From Strigamia acuminata (lineage: Eukaryota), in assembly GCA_949358305.1 (NCBI GenBank), contig OX442314.1, positions 4,464,001 to 4,528,000 of the forward strand: 64,000 nucleotides of DNA. The letters run 5' to 3'. Numbering within the stretch: the stretch's first letter is position 1; every line of letters begins with the position of its first letter. The position numbers were made by a program, and so were the translations under genes. Below, in pieces: positions 12,701 through 21,798 of this stretch. The notes below the pieces were generated by a model. It saw nothing but the letters and a program-made list of their open reading frames with translations. It was not told where the DNA came from and did no database searches.

Positions 12701-15531
12701 GTTGATTATGATTGCGTTGGTAGTGGTCTGCCAAATCAATCAGTTCTTTATTTTTCTGCTCCAGTTTACTTTTGGTAAGCTCGAGCTGTCTTCGCGCCTC
12801 TTGGTGTGAGCGAATTGAAAGTTCATTTCTAGTATTCATTTTAGAAAGATCTTCCACTTCACCTTTTAATCTGTATTCTCTAGCTTTTTGGGCTAGAAAT
12901 TCCTCATTTTGTCGATTGAGTTCCATATGTTGGAGCTCAACCTCCGCTTTTTGTTGTTGAAGCTCAGCTTCTTTTCGCTCCATTTCAAATTGTAAATTTG
13001 AAACGGCGCGGTCAGTGTGAAGTCGTATCATGGCGCGATGAATCTCTTCCACCGTCATGTCGTCCGTTATTTGGGCGCCATCCTGGCGTGCTTGATTTCT
13101 CAAAGCATCCAACATGGTCATGCGAGGAGGTGATTCGTGAGACGATTCACTTTCCATTTCACGTAACGTATTTTCCACTTCCTCCAGTGGAAGTGGCGGG
13201 AGTTCTTGGTCGTTAGAACTCGCACTTGAAGCGCTTAATGCTCTAGCAACTTCATTTTCAGCATCCTTAAGTTGTTTCGGATCTGGAACTGGTGTTATTT
13301 CTTCAGAAATAATTTTTTCCATAAGCATTTCAGGCTCGAGAGCCGGCAAAACCGTCGCTGCTCGTTTCTGAGTGCTTGGTCGACCTCGCTGTCGTTTTAC
13401 AATTTGCATTGGCGTCGCCATTTTGTCAAATTGAAAAAGAACAATGGAAATAAAGGATTTTTTCGCAAAAATCGGATTTTAACAATCAAAACTATCCCGG
13501 ACGGGCCCCCAAGTGCGGCGATCCGGGTTTTTACTTATTAAATTATTTAAATTCAATAAGCAATCGTCGTAGAGATGCCGTACAGGACTTCTACTCTGTG
13601 GCCAAATGTTTGTCTAGGGGAATGATTTTACACAGAGTAAAGGAAAAATTAGATAGTTTTAATCGTTCAAAATACAAAGGAGGTATTATTTAAAATGTTT
13701 GGGGTCAATCTGGCTTCTTCTTCAAATATACACTCACAGTTGACCGTTGGCTCCAAGATGGCGTCGATGGCGTCGTGTGAGCGCGGGATTTTAGCGGAGT
13801 AAACTCAACGCTAAAATACGTTGCTAAAATATACTAAAAATCCTCGCGGAGCAAGCTCAACACGAGAATACGTCTTGCACACAGCGGTTTGATTATTACG
13901 GAGCAAGCTCGACGTAACAATCCGTCTTAACACAATCCGCCTTGTGGAGTTAAACTCAACACAAAGCCTTCAAATTGACAGAGCAAGCTCAATGTCAATT
14001 TACACACAGAAATGGCTTAAATTACGTGTAGTAATTCAAGCTAGAAAGTTGCTATTCCGTACAGTGGGTACAGACCAGCGATGAAACTCAATTCGTCCAA
14101 GAATCACAGATCACACTTTGCAGTTTTGGCAGAAGTTTGACACGGTTGTGAACAGTTTGGAGGTGGAATCAAGAGTGCGGGAAGAGTGGGCCAAAACCGT
14201 TTGGCTCACTTCTAAATCTGCTCAGAAAAGCTGCGCAGATGACGAGTTGCACAAAGATCACACACGGCCGCCTTCGGGTCGTGTGCAACAATTGAGCCGG
14301 GCACGCGCGAGGGGAAGGGATGCTCCGCCCAGGCACACGCCTAGCAGCATCATCAAAGTAATGCACGCTGCAGCGCGATTGGTTGACGCTGTTGCTGGGC
14401 CAAAACTTGCTGCAAAACACAATATTATTTGGGTAATATTGTGTCTTGTTTTATATTTTATTAATGTATGTTTTATTTCAATTTACATTGAAATAAAACA
14501 TATAGGCTTGTTGAATATGTTTAAAAGACAATTTGGAAATATGGTGCGCACTCAAATAGGAATATTTGAGGTCACCACAACCTTGTCGCCATTTTCTATA
14601 TTTTTCAGACGATCTAATTCCCTACAAGAAAGACGACTACTCCATTCTGTTTGATTTTAAACCAAATTTTCTCTTTTGCTCCCCAAACATCAGCGCATTG
14701 GTACGATCCATTTTTCAATCCTTTTAGCAATTCAACTAAACCCAAATCTTTTCTTTATCTTATCAAGTTCATGCTTCACAATAATGACGACATCATTAAT
14801 TACAAAATGTCGACTGGATTTCAGCATCACGAGCCACACACTGTGAAAAAATTTGGATTGTCCGCAAAAAGAGTTAGTTCTAAAAATTGATTTTATTCAG
14901 GCTGATCAGTTTGTACGAACACGCTAGAGTCTAGGGAGTTCATAAACTTTTTAGCATTGCGACCCATTTTTAAGACGGGCGATCTTCCACATATGATTAA
15001 TATCTTCAATATTTTAATGCAGTTCAGGATTTTGAATCGAACCGAACAACCATGCGACACAGGTAAAATTGTAAGCAAATGTGAAATAAACTGCATTGAA
15101 AACGCCCTGAAAAACATCAGCCACTGCAGGTGAGAACAACATATCGAATCACAATTAATTAATTCAATTCAATTCAATTCAATTTAATTACGTAATCAAA
15201 TTATAGGTTTCCTTTCACTTCGCTTTCCGAGCTGCCGTTGTGCGCGAATGAAAGTGAAGCGGCTGCTGGGTGGTTCAACGCGATGAAATTGGCAATATCT
15301 TTCAACTATTTGGAAAAATGCACCTGTCCCAAAAAATGCGATGAAATACTGTACACTGAACATGTGAAAGAAAATGGGCCATCCCGTGATTCGCGATTAT
15401 TCATCTACTTTGATGATAATGTGATCGAAGAAATCGAAGAGTCTTACAGCTACGGTTTGATCTCTTTCATGTGCGACGTCGGGGGCAATTTGGGACTTTT
15501 TCTAGGACTAAGCATACCTGCTGTGTTTTAG
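740..15531 (+). CDS. DEG/ENaC (pickpocket/ASIC-like) channel subunit, copy 1; exons approx. 740-794, 859-1319, 1639-1741, 14609-14700, 14768-14872, 15023-15129, 15207-15531; Gypsy insertion in intron 3; premature stop late in TM2
   Basis: TM1 WFLIISLSALTCSYQIYDRF, FPSITLCP motif, Cys-rich thumb (CEINC, CTCPKKC), TM2 CDVGGNLGLFLGLS; GT-AG junctions keep the frame. Confidence 0.88.
1770..2835 (-). repeat. 3' LTR of Gypsy element A
   Basis: Direct repeat of 13514-14579; sense strand TGTGGTGACC...CCGCA; adjacent to PPT AAAAGGGGGGGAAG (2836-2849). Confidence 0.96.
2044..2257 (-). promoter_or_regulatory. Array of five bulged RNA stem-loops in the LTR (second copy at 13788-14001)
   Basis: Five units of stem-UU/UC-GAG-loop-CUC-stem with different, self-complementary 8-10 bp lower stems. 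Confidence 0.8.
3011..5847 (-). CDS. Spliced accessory ORF3 of element A (exons 5847-5584 and 5230-3011, about 827 aa), Arg/Ser- and Pro-rich, unknown function, not Env
   Basis: The 93-aa ORF ends at a phase-0 GTAAAT donor. The long ORF is open back to a phase-0 TTTTTACAG acceptor at 5231. Homologous to the ORF at 59845-62631. Confidence 0.8.
6058..10533 (-). CDS. pol: Pol polyprotein (PR-RT-RNaseH-IN) of element A, entered by -1 frameshift
   Basis: LDSGA protease, YLDD RT, TDAS..ELECLA RNase H, HHCC zinc finger, DDE integrase and GPY motif, in Gypsy domain order. Confidence 0.96.
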   Translation of the reverse strand, partial: LVSAHPDGLVDATPNASEKELTPSQILDEFLNTQIKLEIENNLVFPKIDVSSLRLVLQNENITEEFFKEKVQQIKVDWESKIKDAVTLLDEKARPTPEIVERSDKIDLPGLDDCIEKLMATTLVTNDLLDELPLDPPIEIKPPRRFKCKYADIPNSNDLPTIRLQTANGMITGMLDSGANRSFMAYSVVISLKMEDEIRPIGPDVRVTTASEDVVPERTLLLSFAWTHRMLSHPFIILRNKYPIILLGCDFMNRLNIQPNPKTMSWNFVKSLKEDLPFVPQAILDRYQEFLDPPEEIMKRDFIKANHMKAGSATACQAKVADEENIVQRLVSDANLSMENNLMLERVLKKHEKILSRRPGRTHLVRHEIKLDTKVPIRVPFKSVNPQKREIIRQICQDMLDNGYVEQATGDYGMRIVLVMRPDCDPRLCIDFRPLNAHTLYDPPQMPSIEEILRELGRFEWVTTIDLSKGYWQIEVHPNDRAKTAFWSPLGRLQFRVMPFGLVNAPSTFQKLIEKILGDAYRKFAWAYLDDIIIISKNFEEHMIHLEEILSKLENANLHVHPEKSKFGRKELTFLGYKLSVQGVSVDPKKVAAIKEMPAPSNLKELQRFLGMVNFFHRLLKNLAVMTEPLRPLLKKDVEFIWSEIHQEAFDQIKDALTNAETMAMPDLTEPFIVHTDASRKGLGAALMQMREIDDQNIEVPCVYASRSLQPAEINYSATELECLAVIWALRKFRHYLEFTTFIVRTDHQALKWLMQLDEPAGRLARWQMELMRYSFEIQYIKGPLNVLADALSRSPIDKPENPEDDGDNDELLSYCPSPQRNWKMGKFHELPVSTLEEKEDHEFVNYWTKIYDSSEESDDVIRAQISRKFQVPSSNVLIKAFVAKIVERLDCEPPTREDIIKAQKEDKVCQLMRNFLNCNQFPPDVTTRLQRKQYRKHATTFLIEDDLLMQFHPTMSDELGEDGRALKVFVPQTLKYKIIWLMHGHPLSGHPGIARTLYRARRIYTWKGMKSDITRFIRHCERCQACKPRTKGQIEAAQMGPYSPFDCLSVDLTGPKPRTRKNNTHILVILDVATHWPELYPMCNPTAGKVANCIYHLSMSMGFPRKIISDNGPQFRAQVFKKFCEKFKMVPTPTSTYHPQANPVERVNRDIKYLVAIYSSVHSKWDEYLREFAFSLRTTVTRGRDFSPAFLNFFRELRVPWDPRIPEGILVVDPKNPHLYVQKLEAVIAETYQHMMSHVLDLRRRVNLKKEGEKFSNFKLNDLVWRDSHVLSSAARGIAAGIADKRTGPYVITKVLQGGSVELRKLENNEIFPAVHSSELTPYFPSFDQEVWLEGEEVGQKTENIINTLDDDELKKIPVDNSSKPQMESDLVNNDVELRDSFKKLEIAKKLNKKVFLEKKQKTSEIKDSSDSVSDDNEDGDLNTINPSPTKRYNLRTRKPRGKNNMCLLPSLTSRSRDQPYDVRSNSPSHTQTNQTIRLDDVTNRDVTQT
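10495..10539 (-). promoter_or_regulatory. Programmed -1 ribosomal frameshift signal (A AAA AAC plus downstream hairpin)
   Basis: In-frame slippery heptamer at 10539-10533, just before the gag TAA; stem CGCATCCA/TGGATGCG at 10523-10498; pol is in the -1 frame. Confidence 0.85.
10527..13421 (-). CDS. gag: Gag of element A (964 aa; coiled coil, capsid-like region, CCHC knuckle)
   Basis: CNICKKLGHWAKEC zinc knuckle; lies directly after PBS; homologous to the gag at 36061-38628. Confidence 0.93.
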   Translation of the reverse strand: MATPMQIVKRQRGRPSTQKRAATVLPALEPEMLMEKIISEEITPVPDPKQLKDAENEVARALSASSASSNDQELPPLPLEEVENTLREMESESSHESPPRMTMLDALRNQARQDGAQITDDMTVEEIHRAMIRLHTDRAVSNLQFEMERKEAELQQQKAEVELQHMELNRQNEEFLAQKAREYRLKGEVEDLSKMNTRNELSIRSHQEARRQLELTKSKLEQKNKELIDLADHYQRNHNQLVRYAAELDTRAKTQRTRESKIAKREDEIFHSLDQPSTSGQVKSSNPAKRLQPEESQNQINENEILRADLLRAQEELAEMKDRLQARNYTDQLVQPEMAAPTVPILTPETITISVVSELSSQSGLSSDDDQRSRRRHRSKRKRPSDSEERRADRNPLPGNRNPIFHNSDRLLGMVDDRNRRHETGIHVTRMIPLAQQQDSSKRSRRDTNPAREPPDGHESPPGGGQYRRNPPDGGNPDGHGDGPPGGGRRPPDDDGDPPDPPETPHFNTPSNSQSDSRSDSDVNAQQERDNRHRSHRRRHRGHSSRRNTHYYTAEEIDRLLADRRSSDRSDATADNADIALRQKIAQYTANNWTHDLVDERTIRWDHIKPALFDGEWEAGSTLLDEVLRISRLNGIACHTALKRVVPKALIDRAEKWFYSKQFQNWNHFVEEFMTEYGESSEDLLQMWDNLSQNKGESLRSYLRRTEDLLVTLPYTMGDAAIDRQFRRGLTDYSKNVLLSVRAPYPGGFAELAKFMRANQIRIDENYKAYLPADEKVAYAKRQQRRKELAKDTRFANTPLLQPPKRGDFLAETAKESKKGSDGKNPHPTPKAHLAEVTEMETASEPEKSDSEPESEAAAALLARNNAVARKFGPKMAPKNVTFGSPKTDALSRSKSPTPKKDEAKRSSSPSPKVAKSPATDPCNICKKLGHWAKECPDRKSSKDKIIEEFEKSMKSIGELLKNL
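13494..13511 (-). promoter_or_regulatory. Primer-binding site, tRNA-Pro type
   Basis: TGGGGGCCCGTCCGGGAT, one mismatch to the canonical tRNA-Pro PBS TGGGGGCTCGTCCGGGAT, 2 nt from the 5' LTR. Confidence 0.9.
13514..14579 (-). repeat. 5' LTR of Gypsy element A
   Basis: Direct repeat of 1770-2835, followed on the - strand by the PBS. Confidence 0.96.
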
Positions 15532-16302
15532 CTTGTGGAGTCATTCGTCCTTTGCTCTTTCAAAAAATTGACATAATATTGATATTTATCACCTCATGTT
15601 ATGCTATGATATCGTGTTGCACAAAAAATCATTCTGTAATAAAATAATTAAAAATTAATAATTAAAAAAAACCTTTGAACTGTAATGTGATTTCTATTGG
15701 ACCAACAAACAAAGTTAGAGTGCAACAACCACAGCACCATTCATATCACAAGAATAATATGCTCTTGAATAATTAAACTGTTCGATATATGAAGGTATTT
15801 AAGAGCATATTGGATTGAATCAACCACAGTAAATAACTTGGAAAAAAAAGATATGTAATTCTTTTTTTTTAAATTAATAATTGTACCCGGTGAAACTTGG
15901 CATTTCCAGGTCCACACGACAACAACAACGTTGGTAAAAATCCGTAAAAATCACAAACGTGATATAAGAGTTAGTGCTCTTATAAATTAAAATTGATTTA
16001 AGCTTACTCCAGATTATCAAAGAATCAACAAAGACTAGATTTTAATTATTTATATAAAATATTGGTTTCAATCTAAGGTATGAATCAAACACAAACAAAA
16101 GAAATGTGTTATCAAAGCGAATGCTATCAAATAATACTTAAATAATTAAACAGTTAATTTTAGTTACACCAATTAAATAAATATAAGAATATATGAACTT
16201 TTTTGTAATAATAAATTAAAAATTGATTTTTCAACCTATCACCTCCTATATTTGTAACATGTTCACATTTATACTGCAATGTGACTTCTACGTGACAATC
16301 TA

Positions 16303-19300
16303 ATGGTACCACCACGACTTGTTGCTATGAATCATAGCAATCCCAGCTGGCAGAAATGTATGTGTAAAGGTGGAAACACAAGGGAGCAGGTAAAATTCCA
16401 AAGCTTGCTAGTACAAGAACAAGTTTTAAAAGGGGAGTCATTTAGACAAGCTCACTTGACCGCTTTTGGTTTACCAGCTTAACTGGCAAACTCAAGCTAG
16501 CTAGGTAGCTAGCCAGAAATTCCCGCCAAAATCTCCTCCAAGAATTTCCTCACGATTCTGATTGGCTGTCAAAGTCACATGACCAAAGCACCAGCAAGCT
16601 TGAAGCTGGTAAATCAAACTCAGTTTGATAGGAGTGGGTGAGTACAAAATCGCTTCAAAACAAAGCTTTGAATAAAAACGCAAACTTGTGTTTGCTCAAG
16701 CAGGTGAGATTTTAGCCGCTTTTTCTACTAAAAGCAAGCTTTTAAATTTTACCCGTTCCCTTGTGTTTCCACCTTTAGACTCATACAAAATGTTAAACTT
16801 CTACTTCTAATTGCATTAATCATTAATTCTATCTAATTACATAGGTAACACACCCTCAGAATATACCAGGAAAAAATTAGCCTTCATAAAGTATCAGAAA
16901 ACTTCCACTATGCGAAAGGATATGGACCGCGAAGCCAACGCTTTGAAGATATATATTGAAGGCCTTTATCGTGTTCTCAATTCAAAAAAGGGATTCGGTT
17001 ATAATTTCCTTTGGTTTCTAGTAATTTCATTCAGTGCTCTTACTTGCTTATATCAAATTTACGATCGATTTAGCGTATTTTTATCGCGCCCCATTGAAAC
17101 CAGAGTCACTTTGTCTCGTAATTCGTCCGTAAAGTTTCCATCCATAACTCTATGTCCCGTCAACAACAACTATATACCTTTAGCTATGATGAGATACCAG
17201 AGAGCAATTAAAACAAAAGAGAAAAATCTCTGTAAAGTAAACTATTATAGTTTTCTAAACGACACGCTTAACGTTTCAACTCTATGGGACCTTATGTCCT
17301 TTAACGGCACATTGGAAAAGGCTGGAGTACATTCTGTAAGAGATTGAAAAGAAAATAATTAATTTTTTTCTCCAAATTCTCATTCGATTTTTCAACAGAG
17401 ATCTTCAATAATCATTCAACAAAAATTAATGGGTTTGCCAACTCTCCCGGTTGAAATTATTACAAAAACTGTATTGGGCTCATGCTTCACATATTCCTTC
17501 AGTAAGTTTATATTCGTACATTAATTTCCTCTTCCTTTACTGAAATTTCCAACATATTCTTCAGAAAATCTTATTCGCTTTCGAAAAGATGACTTCATGA
17601 TTGTGTTTACTTTATACCAGAACCGCCCCGGTAAGGACACACCATTTTGTACTCCATGTTTCACAACATGGGTAAGGATAACAATCGTATTACCATACTT
17701 TAAGTGGCATGCCGGTATAGCCTGGGTTTGACCAGACTGCCGGTAAACCCCGTTTCACCGGCTTGTGCCATTATGATAAAATACAATTCAACGAAAATTA
17801 AATCAAAGCAAGCTATAAAAGCGTTTTTAGATGTCCAAAATGCAAGTAATTAGCCTAAGTTTTCACAAATTTTAATAACAACCTTCAGAAAATTTAAAAA
17901 AATCAAATTTCTTGCCAGAATTCCAACATTTGGGCATTGTTGGTTTTTCGCTGGTACTAGCATGTTTCACTTTATACTGGCTTTCGGGTAAAACCTTTGT
18001 AACTAAAATTTTCAAAAGTTGGTAATTTCCTGCACCGGTTTGCTGCTTAAAGTGGGGTAAAATTGTACTTAATTGTCCAGCTCTAGCTGATACTAAAATC
18101 ATGCCGTTTCTTCCTTCAATAAGTTTATGCTGCACAATCACGATGACATTATTAATTACAAAGTATTAAATGGGTTTAGAGCTCACAAACCAAACACCTT
18201 TCACGCATATGGATTGTCTGCAAAACAAGTTGGTTTTTCCAGTATTTTCCTTTAGAAATTTGAAATTTATTTATAATCTCATTAGTTTAAAATTTTGAAT
18301 CGACTCAAACGACCCTGCGATTCAAACAAAGTTGTAAGCGAGTGTGAAAAAAACTGTCTTGAAAATGTCCTCAAAAACACTAGCCATTGCAGGTAAGAAC
18401 TACAATTTGCGCCCAGTATCTTGATGCTAAATTCGTACTGTGCGTCCCATTGTGCGCAGACGATTTTCTAATTCTAGTTGTTATTTAGCAGTATTAAGCC
18501 TAATATTAGGCTTAATAATGTGACCGCTTGGCCACCCACAGGTTACCAGCGTCACTGCCACACGCCGCCCAATGGCCTTAAGGTCATCCCTCCTCGCGGA
18601 TTGGTATGACCCAGTATAGGGAAGGAGAGAGCTGAGTGGTGTGCTGAGGAGAGAGAGTGTAGAAGAGCGCTGGGTCTCAACCGAGACAGTTGTGTAGGAA
18701 GTAAGGTCTTGTAAGGCCAACAAGGGTAGTCGTGCCCTGAGTTGACTCTGCTCTCCTCCCCATTCACCACTGTGATGCTCAGTAGTGTGATGATGGCTCT
18801 GCTAAAGCCTCCATGAGCGATTGCATGTGTCGCACAGGTAAGTACGGCAGAATGTTACGTTTGACCGGCCATGTAATACATGAGGTTCTCACCCTGTTTG
18901 ACGGGTCAGTTGTTGGTGTGGCATGCCTTCGCGGCACTGCCAACACGCGGGTAGACGAGTCTCTAACCCCTAGACAAACGGATTAAAGGCCAACAACCAA
19001 CAATCTAGAGTCTCTAGTCTTCTTTATGTGAGTGTCCCAAACCACGGTAACCAGTCCGCTGGCTGCCATGGCAAAGACCATACCAGTCACAATAATGCTA
19101 AAATAAAGGAAATAAAGCAAATAAACACATTATTAACAGCAATTTACACTGTAGAACCAAAATATGGCTGTTTATTTGCTTTATTTTAGCATTATTAGGC
19201 CTAATGTTATGCTTAATAATTGTCTGCGCAAAATGGGATGCCCAGTACAAATTTAGCATCAAGATATCAAGACAAAACGAATTGAATTTAATTTTTGCTT

Positions 19301-19706
19301 ACAGTAGAATGCTATTCTTGTTTATTAAAGATTGCCTTTTGTTTCTTTCTCCAATCTGCCGTTGTGTGTGAATGAAAATGATGCAATAGATGCACACTTG
19401 AAAGCAGAGCAGCTGGCTATTACTTTTGATTATTTAGAACAATGCAACTGTTCTAAAATATGCGATGCCATTTTGTACACTGATCATTTGAAGGTGATCG
19501 ATAATTCTGACAAGTCAGTGTTAGCCTTCTATTTTGACGACAATATGATTGAAGAAATTGAAGAATATTACAGCTACACGTTGATTCCCTTCATCTGTGA
19601 TGTTGGTGGAAATTTGGGTCTTTTTCTCGGATTAAGCATCCCTGGCTTATTTCAGGTTATGGAGTCATTCGTTGCTTACTTTTTCAAAAAACCCACCTCA
19701 AATTAA
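16303..19706 (+). CDS. DEG/ENaC channel subunit, copy 2; exons approx. 16303-16357, 16845-17335, 17399-17501, 17565-17671, 18124-18228, 18286-18392, 19331-19706
   Basis: FPSITLCP, Cys-rich domain, CDVGGNLGLFLGLS; same exon structure as copy 1; frame appears intact. Confidence 0.9.
16368..16774. mobile_element. MITE (possibly PIF/Harbinger-like) in intron 1 of copy 2
   Basis: TIRs AGGTGGAAACACAAGGGA / TCCCTTGTGTTTCCACCT, flanked by TAA/TTA. Confidence 0.7.
18417..19266. mobile_element. MITE hosting a nested solo LTR
   Basis: Inverted arms TATCTTGATGCTAAATT..GTACTG..TCCCATT..GCGCAGAC and their reverse complement at about 19220-19266. Confidence 0.6.
18519..19091. mobile_element. Solo LTR
   Basis: TGTGAC...GTCACA termini, 4-bp TSD ATAA; related to 43517-44833. 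Confidence 0.7.
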
Positions 19707-19763
19707 ACTTAACAACTTTATTGACTATTGATTATCATATCATTCAATGTATCTTTGTTATTA

Positions 19764-20139
19764 AAGGGTTTCACAAATGAAACGCTGAAGGCGCTAAAAT
19801 GTGTGTTCCAATAATCACAATCAATGCATTATTGAGGACCCACGCCAGGTTCAATTGATTATTTTGCAAGTCATATAACTTTTATTTATACTTTATTTTA
19901 TTTTTGTTATTTATTTATTTGTTTTTGTTGAATTAAATTGATTATTTATTTAATAATTTACAACAAATTCTCTTTTTCCTTATTTTAAGCATACTTCAGC
20001 ACTAACAACTCCTTTTCAGACGATTATACATAAGTGCTGAAGTGCTGAAGCGATTATTCATGTGATTGGCCCAAAAGGTCACATGACAATTGTTTTAGCA
20101 GAATAATCGGCGCCTTCAGCATATCACTTTTGAAACCCC
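19764..20139. mobile_element. MITE
   Basis: Imperfect TIRs AGGGTTTCA..GCTGAAGGCGC / GCGCCTTCAGC..TGAAACCCCT. Confidence 0.55.
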
Positions 20140-21013
20140 TTTTTGTATTATTATCATGTTGCTCATGCTTTACGCTACATCGATCATGTTAATGTCTTGT
20201 TGTGCTTTACTAATGATCTAAATAAAAGGAAAACGCTCTTATTAATTAAGTCCAAGTATAAATTGTGCACTCTATCTATTCACGTTGAACGAGGCCATTT
20301 TGTGTTCTGTAAATTACCTCACTAAGTGCATTCGAAAAGTCATTAAAACGAATGTAAACACATTTAGACTCGTTTTTGCACAGCATTTAAACAAATTAAT
20401 TCATGTAAATGTAAATGTAATGTAAAAGCAATTGTTTTTTATACATACCTACTTAATTGCATTTATCAAAATCAAAATTTAATTTACAGCAGCAAGATAT
20501 AAAATTTATAGCGAACATTCAACTTTTATTTTGAAAATACGGAGTAGCAATTTTTAATCAAAATATTTAAATAGTTATTCTCGTTTTGTTCTATTTTCAA
20601 TTCATAAATTGTGTGTACTCTGTCTATGTATCTCTATGTGATTAATTTATTAGGTCAATAAAGCAAATCCAATTAATCTTGAGGAAAGGTGCTTCAAAAA
20701 CTAATTTCACTTCAATTTAATATCTCCTTTTAAATTTTTAAAACTTGTTCAACACACAAATTTTCTTCTCTCCAACCTAAAATTGAATTTCCAAATAAAA
20801 AGATTTTTATGTACACAAGTCTCAATCTCCAACCAGTCAATAGTCAAACAGTCCACATCATTGAGACCACCACCAGTTCTTTTTCAGTTCAACAAAAAAA
20901 GCAAAAAAAAAAAAAGATTTTTTTCTGCAGTATTTTCAATCACAAAAGCAATGAACCAAACCAAAAGACTGTAAAAAAAAATAATCCATTTTAAATCTGT
21001 ACTAATACCGGTA

Positions 21014-21197
21014 CAGTCAAAACTCTTTATTACGAATCGCCATATAACAAATTATCGATATAACAAATACCTAAAAATGGCTGGTTTGGTTGGCTGACCA
21101 TAGAACACCATGTTAAAAAATTTAAGTATAACGAATTCTCGTTGTAACCAATCGATTTTTCGGATTCCTTGCGATTCGTTGTAAAGAGTTTCGACTG
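21014..21197. mobile_element. Tc1/pogo-type MITE
   Basis: TA-CAGTCAAAACTCTTTA...TAAAGAGTTTCGACTG-TA. Confidence 0.7.
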
Positions 21198-21798
21198 TAC
21201 TTATAACTACCGTACTCGTACGTGTCTCTCTACATGCATCTGTGTGCGATTTCTTTAACGAGACAATAAACCCAATCCAATTAATCTTGAGAAAAACTGC
21301 TGTTAAATATTTCAAAAAGTAATTTCATCTCAAACCTAATATCTCCTCTTTAATTTTTAAAACTTAATCAAAACAACAATTTTCTTTGTTCGACTTAAAA
21401 TTGAATTTCCAAACAACAAATTCTTATACACACAAGTCTCAAATTAATTGAAAAAAAATTCTAAAATCAATTCTTTTCAGTAATCTGTTAAATATTTACA
21501 AACTTTTAAAAAAAACTGTTCCCAATTCTTTACTTCTGATCTAGAAAATAAGTTATTGAATTTTGGATCCACAATAAAAAAAAATAATACCTCTTGAGAA
21601 TGGATGTGCTCCTAAATATTTAATCAGGCAATTTCATTTCAATTCATGTCATTTTTTTTAAAGAAAAAATGATTAAAAATATAATTCACTAATTATATTT
21701 CTTTCAATTGAAAATTGTATTTCCAATCAATAAACTGCCAACTTTCTACCAAAATTTCCTGTGTGATTATCTTCACTTTCATCCTAGACATCATTAAG

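Larger units (their letters stand above)
1770..14579 (-). mobile_element. Full-length young Ty3/Gypsy LTR retrotransposon (element A) with gag, pol and a 3' accessory gene
   Basis: 1066-bp LTRs at 1770-2835 and 13514-14579 (TG...CA; only 2 differences noticed), 4-bp TSD ACCT, tRNA-Pro-type PBS, PPT, intact ORFs. Confidence 0.97.
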
